Positions 48,202 to 56,653 of a stretch of 64,000 nt of DNA are shown piece by piece; the stretch's first letter is position 1, and each line of letters opens with the position of its first letter. The stretch comes from Mesorhizobium sp. Its GTDB lineage: Bacteria; Pseudomonadota; Alphaproteobacteria; Rhizobiales; Rhizobiaceae. The notes under the pieces were generated by a model. The model worked only from the letters and a program-made list of their open reading frames with translations, searched no databases and was not told the DNA's origin. Made by a program: the position numbers and the translations under genes. The stretch spans positions 76,613 to 140,612 of the forward strand of contig JAMLIG010000001.1 of assembly GCA_023954305.1 (NCBI GenBank). Direction: 5' to 3'.

Positions 48202-50749
48202 ACGGACGAAGCGAGTTCGGCAGGAATGGTGCCTTGGTCTGCTGGTAGTCCGTCGCGCGGCGCTTGGCCTGCTTCTTCATATAGCCCGGAGAGACGGCTT
48301 CCCGCATGGAATTGAGAAACAGATAATCCAGCGCCGGGCGGACATAGAACAGGTTCGCGAACGGCGTGTTGCCCGTCGCCCATGTCAAAGCCCGAGCCGC
48401 GGGGAAGTTGGCTTCCGAGCCGGTCAACTTGCCCACCGCCACGTCACGCATCGCCAGGCTGATATCGACCAGATCAGCAGCCGAGCCGATCACCGGGCCT
48501 GCCGTCGTTTCCAGAACCCCTCCCCCGAACCGATTGGTCTGCGCGAAGAGATAATCGCCATAGATGCCAGCCGCACCGCCTTGGACGAATGCGGCCAGGA
48601 TGGTTTTCGGATCGGAGGGATCGCGCGGCGGCCAGTAGCCTTTCACCAGATCCTTCATGGCGAGCGACATGTATCCGGCAATCGTCATGCCGGCGATCAA
48701 CACACCGATATGCGGGATGCGGTCCAGCATTAACGATGCGTCCTTGCGGTGCCCGTAGATCGCGCGGCCGAAAACCCTGTTGGTGAAGGCGAAGGGAAAG
48801 CCCTTGAACTGCCACATGAACCGCAACAGTTCCCCGGCAAAGGTGCCGGGTCGGCTACCCTGATACATCATGCGTCGGGACGAGTTATCGACCTCGACAA
48901 CGCCGTATGAAGTTTCGTCGGCGAAGAAGCGCAGCACCGCCAATTCGAGGTTGCGGCGTGCATCGTCAGGCGTCTTTCCAAGGCCCGTAACGGCTTCATC
49001 GGGCAACTCCCTGATGCGATCCGGGGTGATATAGTCCCTGCCCTCGATTGTCCTGTTCTGGACCTTCCGGATGGCCTCCCACTGTGCCTCTTTGATGCCG
49101 TGAAGGCCAAGCACATGCCGGTAGTTCGCCGGCAGATCGGCATAGGCAGACTTGGCCCGCATGCCCATTTCCGCAGAAATCATCCGCCCCGCCGTGGCGC
49201 GTTGAATGTCGGTCCACCACGTCAGACCATTCCACCGGAAGAACGTCTCCTGCAACCGGGACAATTTCCCCACCGGCCCGTCATTCGCTGCCGCGGGCGC
49301 CACGATGTTGCCGATGATGCCGTCAAAGCCTTCACCGATGAGATAGGCGATCTCAGCCTTTTCACCTTTCGGCCGTCCGCGCATCATGCCGTCGATCTGT
49401 GCCGCGAAACCCTTGAAGAACGACGAACCGCGGAACATCGACGCCAGTGCCGGCGTCATCGTATCCGTCACCGACGACAGGACGGCGCCGCCGAGCTTCG
49501 CCATCGCCTGCACGGCTCGGATGTCAGACCCGATCTTCGCCGCCGTGACGTTGACCGGCCGGGAGATCATGCCAGTTGCCACGTCCAGCGCGTTGCGGAG
49601 CGATCCGGCAGACGCATCAAGCCCGGACTGGCGCTTCGCCTTTTCGGCCGGTGACAGGTTCGGATCTTCCTTGATCCGGCGGCGCATATTGTCCACGAGC
49701 GAAGTGAACATGACTTCCGGGTTCGGCCCCAGCGCTTCCATCGCAGCCGCTTTACGGGCAGCCATGCGAAGGTGCCCGAAGATGCCGGACACCGTGTTGC
49801 CGTAGCCGAACTCGTCTCGATAGGCCAAGGCCGCATCAGCGGTCTTGAAGTGCAGCACGCGGGACTTGCCGAGGCTCTTTGCCATGTTGGCCGGGTTGAC
49901 GCGCACGCCCATTTCCCCCGGCGTCGGCTTGTTCGGCAGGCCGGTGATGAGCGTATCGTATATCCCGCTCAGCGCGTCCTCGATTTCCTTGGCCGAAGTC
50001 ACGTCGGGGAACGTGCGTTCGATGTCCAGTTTCGGCAGGACGGACGCGACCCACGCTTCCTTTCCAGCCTGGATCATCTTCACGTCGTCATGGGTCTGTG
50101 CGCCAGACCACCCGTCCAGCTTGCCGATCGATGCGCCGAGCCTGTTCAGGTCCGTGCGGCTCATTTCGGCATAGGTCGAAAACAGCTTGGCCGCGTATTT
50201 CGCGTCATCGTTTCCGGTGATGCCGGGCTTGCCGCCTTCCCTCAGTTCGGCCATCTCGCGCATGATGTCCGCGTCCATGCGGGGATCGCGAAGGACATGG
50301 ACCAGATGAGGACGATTGGCCTGCAATTCGGCCATAAGCCCGCCGAGATAGCGCGCCTCATAGGCCATGTTCAGAGCCGCGACGGAATTCCTACCGCCTT
50401 CCACGCCCCGCTGTGTGCCCTCCAGAATGGCAAGCATGGCCTTGCGCGGGGATAGACCGGCCTTGATCATACCTTCCACCGCTGCGGTCTGCCGGTCGCG
50501 CACAAGGATATTCAGCGCGGCATGGCGCTTCTGCATTGCAGCGGCGATCTTGGTCCGTTCGGCCTCCCGCTCGGCAAACGACTTCAGCTTGTCGGCCATG
50601 CCGTCGATCTGGCCCGATGCTTTCAGGCTCTCGCGATACTCGGCAACGCGCTGGAAAGCGGCTTCGATAGCCTCGCGGTTCAGGCGTTCGCCCGATGCCT
50701 TGTTGGCCGCGTCGAAGCACTCTGGTCCGATTTTGGGGCGAATTCTCAT
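48194..50749 (-). CDS. large internal virion/ejection protein with C-terminal TM segments
   Basis: 851 aa. ATGA coupling to the upstream gene. Position equivalent to T7 gp15/gp16-class proteins. Hydrophobic helices near the C-terminus. Confidence 0.55.
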   Translation of the reverse strand: MRIRPKIGPECFDAANKASGERLNREAIEAAFQRVAEYRESLKASGQIDGMADKLKSFAEREAERTKIAAAMQKRHAALNILVRDRQTAAVEGMIKAGLSPRKAMLAILEGTQRGVEGGRNSVAALNMAYEARYLGGLMAELQANRPHLVHVLRDPRMDADIMREMAELREGGKPGITGNDDAKYAAKLFSTYAEMSRTDLNRLGASIGKLDGWSGAQTHDDVKMIQAGKEAWVASVLPKLDIERTFPDVTSAKEIEDALSGIYDTLITGLPNKPTPGEMGVRVNPANMAKSLGKSRVLHFKTADAALAYRDEFGYGNTVSGIFGHLRMAARKAAAMEALGPNPEVMFTSLVDNMRRRIKEDPNLSPAEKAKRQSGLDASAGSLRNALDVATGMISRPVNVTAAKIGSDIRAVQAMAKLGGAVLSSVTDTMTPALASMFRGSSFFKGFAAQIDGMMRGRPKGEKAEIAYLIGEGFDGIIGNIVAPAAANDGPVGKLSRLQETFFRWNGLTWWTDIQRATAGRMISAEMGMRAKSAYADLPANYRHVLGLHGIKEAQWEAIRKVQNRTIEGRDYITPDRIRELPDEAVTGLGKTPDDARRNLELAVLRFFADETSYGVVEVDNSSRRMMYQGSRPGTFAGELLRFMWQFKGFPFAFTNRVFGRAIYGHRKDASLMLDRIPHIGVLIAGMTIAGYMSLAMKDLVKGYWPPRDPSDPKTILAAFVQGGAAGIYGDYLFAQTNRFGGGVLETTAGPVIGSAADLVDISLAMRDVAVGKLTGSEANFPAARALTWATGNTPFANLFYVRPALDYLFLNSMREAVSPGYMKKQAKRRATDYQQTKAPFLPNSLRPFN

Positions 50750-52593
50750 AGGAGGCAGTTCACCACTGATTTCAGGGCCTCGCCGTAAGCAGCGCCGTCT
50801 TGATACGCCGCGTCGGCATCGTCCAGCACGGCCATATCCTCTTCGGACAACCGGCCTTCCTGTGCGAGTTGACGCAGTTCCGCTTCTTCCGGGAATGTTC
50901 CGGCTTCGGGATCGACGCGATACTGATCGGCAAGGGCCTTGTAGTTCTCAGGCTTGGCAACCTTGGCTTCCGCTTCGGCGCGGCCGGCTGGCGGAGGTTC
51001 TGGACGGGCGGGGGAGGTGTCGATCAACTGACCATTGCGGGCGCGGATATTGATGATGCCATCGTCAAACACGACGAAGTTGCGTGACCCGTTCCCGGCT
51101 GACCGGGAATCCTTGTCCAGATATTTGATGCCGGGAATTCCAGCCTCTCGCAAAAGTGCTTCTGCGTCCATTCCCGTCTGCCGCGAAATCGCCCGCAACT
51201 TTTCTTCGGTCGTTCCGCTGCCGTTCATAAACAAGTCGGCGTTGTCCTGGCCGAAGGCTTTAGCGAATACTGATCGCGCCCGATCTCGGACACCGCTCGA
51301 CTGCTCCGAAAGCGGCTTGTCCCAATCAAGAAAGTTGTCAGGATCAGCACGGATAGCGACCTCATACAGATTGCCCTTGGACATACCCCCTGTCTCTTTC
51401 AGGAACCCAAGTTCGGCAATCTTGTCCTCGTTCATCGCGATGAGGCTATCGCGGCGCGCGACATCACCTCCGCCATCTGGCAGCGCGCGTAGGCGCTCTA
51501 CTTCAGCCCTCGCGGCAGCAATGGCAGCATCGATGTCGCCGCCTGATTTCTTAAGAAGCCGTTCGGCTGCGTTCACGCGTGCGGCAGTGATATCGTTCTG
51601 GTAAGCCTTCGCAACCGCTTCCTTCTCGGCGAAATAAAGACCGTGACCAAACGCCTGAGCACCCTCGCCTGTGCCAACCCGATCGATGGAAAACCGATCA
51701 AACGTATGGGGCGATCCATGATACGCAATGAACTCGCGCTGCATCCGCTCAATCGGCGCCACGCCATTCGGGCTTAGCCTCACCTCGCCGTCGTTTGCCA
51801 GACCGCCGATGGCCTCATTCAGGGCAATGCGGGCCTCCTGTGTGGCCTTCAACGTCTGGACCTTGACTTCGGCGTCTCTGCGCAGCGCATCGGCCCTAAG
51901 CCCTGCCCTGCGTTCAAGCACGCCGCCTATGGTCCCGAAGGCCGAGCCGATCAATGCCGCCGTGGCAATCTCGGAAATCATCGCCTGCCACGACACGTCA
52001 TCGCCGAAGCCCCGGCGTGTTTCGCGTGTAGCAAGACCGGCAATGGCGGTATTAGCAGCCGCATCCAGAGCCGCCGTCGCGGCAACGCCCTTCACCAGTC
52101 CCATGCGGGCCACGGCGGCCGCCCTGACGCTTGGACCGGCCACCGGGATATAGTTGATCGGGTCCGTCGCCTGCCCCGCGAGATTGCCGAAGAATGCCGT
52201 GATCGGACGCTTCTCCGCAAAATACTCCCTGACCCGCTTCGCGTCATACATCGCGGCCAGAGCTGCGGCGCGGTCCTCCGTCATGCCGGCGTCCCACGGC
52301 ACGTTCTCTCGGAAGTAGGGAGACGCCTTGTATTCCTCTTCCGTGATGCCCTTCACGCGCTCCTGACGGGCCTGATACTCCGCGTCCGTCTCGCGCCCGC
52401 GCCGCGTCTGCGCCGCCGGTGGAAGGCTCAATGTGCGAATGGCCGTGCCGAGCCCGAACGATTCCAGCACGCCGCCCTTAGCCTGATCCCAGAATGTCGA
52501 CCCGGCTGACATGGGTTGATCGAGCGCGGCGGAAAACAGTTCCTCCCGCGTCGATGCGCGATAGGCCGGGCCTTGCCAGAAGCCGTAAATCAC
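50746..52593 (-). CDS. internal virion/ejection protein with PARP-like ADP-ribosyltransferase signature
   Basis: 615 aa. GTGA coupling. Central YHGSPHTFDRF..GEGAQAFGHGLYFAEKEAVAKAY..NLYEVAI block. Confidence 0.5.
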   Translation of the reverse strand: MIYGFWQGPAYRASTREELFSAALDQPMSAGSTFWDQAKGGVLESFGLGTAIRTLSLPPAAQTRRGRETDAEYQARQERVKGITEEEYKASPYFRENVPWDAGMTEDRAAALAAMYDAKRVREYFAEKRPITAFFGNLAGQATDPINYIPVAGPSVRAAAVARMGLVKGVAATAALDAAANTAIAGLATRETRRGFGDDVSWQAMISEIATAALIGSAFGTIGGVLERRAGLRADALRRDAEVKVQTLKATQEARIALNEAIGGLANDGEVRLSPNGVAPIERMQREFIAYHGSPHTFDRFSIDRVGTGEGAQAFGHGLYFAEKEAVAKAYQNDITAARVNAAERLLKKSGGDIDAAIAAARAEVERLRALPDGGGDVARRDSLIAMNEDKIAELGFLKETGGMSKGNLYEVAIRADPDNFLDWDKPLSEQSSGVRDRARSVFAKAFGQDNADLFMNGSGTTEEKLRAISRQTGMDAEALLREAGIPGIKYLDKDSRSAGNGSRNFVVFDDGIINIRARNGQLIDTSPARPEPPPAGRAEAEAKVAKPENYKALADQYRVDPEAGTFPEEAELRQLAQEGRLSEEDMAVLDDADAAYQDGAAYGEALKSVVNCLL

Positions 52594-55130
52594 TGCGCGC
52601 CCTCATACATCTGGCGAACGCGGTCTTCCTGCTGCTGCAATTCGTCCTGAACGTTCTCGTTCAACGTGCGAGGCTGATCCGTGGGCAACATAGGCGCCGG
52701 AGCGACCGGACGGGATGCCGTTACCTGATCAGGCGTGAAGATCAGTGCATTGCCATCCGGGCCAGGGACCGCAGTTCCGGTGAACGGGTCGATGAACACG
52801 TATCCATTCCCTGCGTTCCTGAAATAGCCTTCCGACAGGACGTTGGCGATGTAGTTCTTCCCCGTCGCCTCGAAGATCGCCTTAGTCGAATCCGCAGTCG
52901 GCGCATCGGCCGGGACCGCCAAAGCCTCGGTCAGCGCCCGCTCGACCTGCGGCATGACGCCGGCCAGCCCTTCCAACACCGCCGTCTCGTCCTGATCGCT
53001 CGGGAGCAGGATTTGCGCATTGACGTTGAACCCGTCGCCAAGGACCGGCTTTACGTCGCCATACAAATCCTTTGCCGCGCCCGCCACTGCCGCGCTCAGT
53101 TCCTCGCCATTGCGCATGCGAAGGTTGACCGCGTTGTTCAAGAGTTTCGAATCCCGCTGTGCCCTGACGAGGTTTTCCGCAGAGCCATCGCTCAGCCCGT
53201 AATACAGGTCGCCGATCTGGTTTTCGTCCATCAGCGTCGATTGCACCTGTTCATCGATCTCGGCAGACGTAGCCGGCGCCTTGCCGGGCAGTTTCGACGG
53301 GTCGACAAGAGCCGCACGGAACAGACGATTGGCAGCGCCCCGATCCCCACGGGACAGCGCGACGAATGCCCCTTCCGTCATGTCAGGCAAGCCGGCCTCA
53401 ACCATCTGTTCAAAGATGGCGCGTTGCTGTGCAGGGTCCGACGTTGCCATGATGATGCCGGCGACGTGATCGATGCGCTGGGCCTCCGTCAGGGTTTCGT
53501 CATTGAACGTGTCAACCGTTGTCGAGACGACATCCTTGGGCAGCGGCTTGACATTTGCGATGCCGAGATGTTGCTGAGCCGCAATGGAGGCCGCGAGTGC
53601 CGCCTGGAACCCGCCCGGCTGATCCGGCGTCTGCCATGCCTGCCCCACGGACGGGAATGCCTGTCTGACATAGGCGGCCGGGTCTGCCTCACGCGCCTTT
53701 AATGTCGAAGCCGCAGCCTTGGACAGCGCGTCATAGCGGGCCTGCTCCAAAGCCGCATCATTGCCGGAACTGCGCGGAACCGCGCCCTGCACAACCTGCT
53801 CGATTTCGTCCGCCGACATGGTGCGCATGCCGTAGGCTTGCTGCGCCGTCTCGACCGATGACTGGAATTTGCCGTAGCGTTCCGCCCCATCCACAGGGCC
53901 ATAGGCCGCTTGATACTGCTCCAGCGACGGAAGCTGCCCGTCATACTTGCCGGTGTTGAGGATGGCGGTCGGGGCGCTTTCCTGTGCGACCTCGATCCCG
54001 GCGCGGGTTTCGACATTGACCTGGTTGCGGCGGGCTTCCGCCTGCTTCCGTATCTTCGCCTGATCTTCCGGCGAAAGCCGCTTGAACCAATCCGGGCTGG
54101 CATCGCCTCGAATGATCGCTGCCTCTTCCGACCTCCGTTTGGCGTTGACGCCGCCGTTGTGCCCTTTCAGACCTTCGACGGCGGTCGCAATCGTTTCGAC
54201 ATCGCCCGTCTTGACGGCCTGCACCACGGAAGAAGGAAGCGAGCCATAGTTATAGGTGACGGACACAAGCGCTGCGCGGGCCTGTGCCGGGAGAGCCGCC
54301 CACGCATCCTGTCCAACAGCCCGTATCGCACCTGCTTCGAATTCTTTGGTGCGCCGAAGAAGATCGCGCTCCGCGTCTGCCCTCGTTACCGTGTCACCCG
54401 GCTTGACCTTGACGATGGTGCCGTTTTCCTTGGTGATCGTGTCCGAACCGTAGCCGGTCCTATATGCGTTCACGTCCCAATACGGTGTTGCGCGAAAACC
54501 CTCGAAACGGCGCAGCAATGCGGCAGCGTCGGTATCGCCAAGAACAGCGGACGGGTCGGATTCGGCAAGAAGAGCGCCCCGGCTGAAGTCGGCCGCCTCC
54601 AAATACAGCTTCTTCCGCGCGTCTGCCATGTCCGGCGTGAGCAGGCCCGCTTCCCGGCTGACATCGATCGCGCCGATGATTTCGTTCCGGGCCTTGGCCT
54701 TCACGTCTTCCGGCACGAGCGGGTCGACATAGAGCCTGCGGTTGGCTTCCAGCGCCTCATCAAGCGCATTCGTTTCGGCCTGACGGCGAAGCACCTGGCC
54801 CTTGTCGATGATCGCGTCATTCATACGGATCGCGTCGACCTGCGACTGCGCCGCATAGCGCTCGCGCATCTTCGGATCGCGGATCAGATTGGCCGCGTCC
54901 GACACTGCCTTGCGCGTGCCCTCTCCCGCCCGCTGGCCGAACGTGGAATAATCCCCGTCCTGGTCGAACTGGTTTTGCAGGTCGAGAAAGCGCTGCGTCT
55001 TCAGGGCCTCGGCACGAGCCAGATCGACGGCGTTCTGCTGCTGCTTCTGCTTTTCGCCGAATGCCGCAATGCCGGAGCCGAGCGCTTCAAGACCGCGACC
55101 GATCGCCGACGTATCGGCGGACGAAATCAT
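52590..55130 (-). CDS. internal virion/ejection protein with GH24 (T4-lysozyme-like) muramidase domain
   Basis: About 846 aa from ATG 55130. RRFEGFRATPYWDVNAYRTGYG carries the E-x8-D-x5-T catalytic pattern. Alternative starts up to 55211 would overlap the HNH gene. Confidence 0.7.
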   Translation of the reverse strand: MISSADTSAIGRGLEALGSGIAAFGEKQKQQQNAVDLARAEALKTQRFLDLQNQFDQDGDYSTFGQRAGEGTRKAVSDAANLIRDPKMRERYAAQSQVDAIRMNDAIIDKGQVLRRQAETNALDEALEANRRLYVDPLVPEDVKAKARNEIIGAIDVSREAGLLTPDMADARKKLYLEAADFSRGALLAESDPSAVLGDTDAAALLRRFEGFRATPYWDVNAYRTGYGSDTITKENGTIVKVKPGDTVTRADAERDLLRRTKEFEAGAIRAVGQDAWAALPAQARAALVSVTYNYGSLPSSVVQAVKTGDVETIATAVEGLKGHNGGVNAKRRSEEAAIIRGDASPDWFKRLSPEDQAKIRKQAEARRNQVNVETRAGIEVAQESAPTAILNTGKYDGQLPSLEQYQAAYGPVDGAERYGKFQSSVETAQQAYGMRTMSADEIEQVVQGAVPRSSGNDAALEQARYDALSKAAASTLKAREADPAAYVRQAFPSVGQAWQTPDQPGGFQAALAASIAAQQHLGIANVKPLPKDVVSTTVDTFNDETLTEAQRIDHVAGIIMATSDPAQQRAIFEQMVEAGLPDMTEGAFVALSRGDRGAANRLFRAALVDPSKLPGKAPATSAEIDEQVQSTLMDENQIGDLYYGLSDGSAENLVRAQRDSKLLNNAVNLRMRNGEELSAAVAGAAKDLYGDVKPVLGDGFNVNAQILLPSDQDETAVLEGLAGVMPQVERALTEALAVPADAPTADSTKAIFEATGKNYIANVLSEGYFRNAGNGYVFIDPFTGTAVPGPDGNALIFTPDQVTASRPVAPAPMLPTDQPRTLNENVQDELQQQEDRVRQMYEGAQ

Positions 55131-55182
55131 GCGGCCAGAACGAAGCGAGCCAGGCTGGCTCAGGTCATCGCGTGACGGCAAC

Positions 55183-55866
55183 CTAGCGATGGCACACCTC
55201 CGGCCCATCATTTGGGCGAGCAAAATCGCTAAACAGTCTCATTGCCGCTTCGTCATAAGCTTTCGCGGCATCTTCTGGTGTGAGATGATATCCAAGCGAA
55301 ATGTATTTATGATCTTTCATAATCTGAGCGCGCCACTTTTTTTCGCCACGCGCCCAATCCGCATACCGCACCCCCTTGAAACCACTGGTGTTGTTTTTGG
55401 CTTTGCGTTTATTCCACTGGTTTTGAGCGAATGACGCAGCGCGAAGATTGGACCTTCGGTTGTTTAAGCCGTCACCGTCAGCGTGATCGACTATTTGAGC
55501 GCCCTTTGGCCCCAAGACCTGATGCATCAATAGGCGGCGCGCCACACCATCTTCGTCTTTGGCATGGACAACCGCGTAGAATGTATGATGATCTCTAACC
55601 GCATACCAATTGTGCATATCGATTAGGCCGATGTCCGCCGAATCGATTACCGCAATTTTGCCTTGCGTAAGATGGACGCGCGCCTCGTCGCCTACGATTT
55701 CTATTTTCCTCCGCCTGTCTTTGCTTGCGGCAAGCGGCACTGTCTCCATCACTGACCCGTGCCTCTTCATCCGGATGTAATGTGCATTGCACAGCCCACA
55801 ATTGACGCGCGGAGACCACCCGCACCCATCGACACGACAATTGCCTGATTTGAACAAGCGTGCCAT
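55183..55866 (-). CDS. HNH-AP2 homing endonuclease
   Basis: 227 aa. Zn-ribbon C.VDGC..GLCNAHYIR, HNH_3 core VDHADGDGLNNRRSNLR..QN, AP2 domain SGFKGVRY...WRAQI...LGYH.TPEDAAKAYDEAA. Clearly AT-richer than its flanks. Confidence 0.8.
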   Translation of the reverse strand: MARLFKSGNCRVDGCGWSPRVNCGLCNAHYIRMKRHGSVMETVPLAASKDRRRKIEIVGDEARVHLTQGKIAVIDSADIGLIDMHNWYAVRDHHTFYAVVHAKDEDGVARRLLMHQVLGPKGAQIVDHADGDGLNNRRSNLRAASFAQNQWNKRKAKNNTSGFKGVRYADWARGEKKWRAQIMKDHKYISLGYHLTPEDAAKAYDEAAMRLFSDFARPNDGPEVCHR

Positions 55867-56294
55867 CAGTTAGGCCAAGCCTTCGCGAAGCTGCCAAACC
55901 CGCCCAGCACGGAACCGAGCAGAGACGCCTTGCCTTCCCGCCTGCGGTTCGCAGCGGCGTTGAACAGCCCTTCCTTGCGCGACTTGCCGCCGTAGAGATC
56001 GACCTGGGCATTGTATTCCGCCTGCCCGGCCGTATCCGTCATCAACTTGACGATGGTCGGCGCATCCATTCCCGCTCCCGCTCCCGACGCGGCGGCAACG
56101 GCCTGCTGACGGGAATTGATCAGCGCTCCTTCACGACGCTTCTGATCCGCGTCGCGCTGGGAAGCGGCAAGCTCTTCCTTGCCCTTTTCCTCAAGCTGCA
56201 TCGCCTCCTGCTGGGCAGCGTTGTTCGCCGCGATGCCGGACGCAATCGTCCCTACGCCGGAAATCAATGCACCAATTATCGGGAGTGCGGCCAT
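55866..56294 (-). CDS. small internal virion protein (gp14-position, Gly/Ala-rich hydrophobic ends)
   Basis: 142 aa. MAALPIIGALISGVGTIASGIAA N-terminus and LLGSVLGGFGSFA C-terminus flank a charged helical middle. Confidence 0.5.
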   Translation of the reverse strand: MAALPIIGALISGVGTIASGIAANNAAQQEAMQLEEKGKEELAASQRDADQKRREGALINSRQQAVAAASGAGAGMDAPTIVKLMTDTAGQAEYNAQVDLYGGKSRKEGLFNAAANRRREGKASLLGSVLGGFGSFAKAWPN

Positions 56295-56653
56295 AGATTT
56301 CTCCGCCAGACTTCAATGCCGTTTTCTTCGGCGAAAAACTCAAACCCCAGCAGCTTCAACAGCCGCTCTGATGTCTCGAACTGCGCGTCTCGTGGGGTGT
56401 AGACCTCAGTCTCACCCAACTGCCGGGCTTGCCTGAACAGACGCTTAGCGCAGCCTATGACCTTGAACCGGTAGCGCGGCTCATTCCTCATCATCGTGAA
56501 GAAAAGCCAGCACCGGCCGGCGCCCCACGCGAGACCTCCTAAACCAATCGCTCCGGCCTCATCGACGCCGGCCAGAGCGAATGTCGGGAGATCGACCGCG
56601 ATGCCCGCGACCCGCAATATTTCGCGCGGGTCGACCTGAACGATCTCGACCAT
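56276..56653 (-). CDS. hypothetical virion-module protein, possibly GNAT-like
   Basis: 125 aa from ATG 56653 (TAATG junction with the nozzle gene). C-terminal half KRLFRQARQLGETEVY..SERLLKLLGFEF..GIEVW resembles the GNAT alpha-beta core. Weak call. Confidence 0.3.
   Translation of the reverse strand: MVEIVQVDPREILRVAGIAVDLPTFALAGVDEAGAIGLGGLAWGAGRCWLFFTMMRNEPRYRFKVIGCAKRLFRQARQLGETEVYTPRDAQFETSERLLKLLGFEFFAEENGIEVWRRNLWPHSR

Noticed and set aside
55131-55223. N-terminal extension of the lysozyme-bearing ejection protein (track start TTG at 55223, internal ATGs at 55211 and 55208).
   Set aside because: It would overlap the 3' end of the HNH-AP2 gene and has no SD. ATG 55130 (MISSADTS..) was chosen, but it also lacks a clear SD, so the start remains uncertain.
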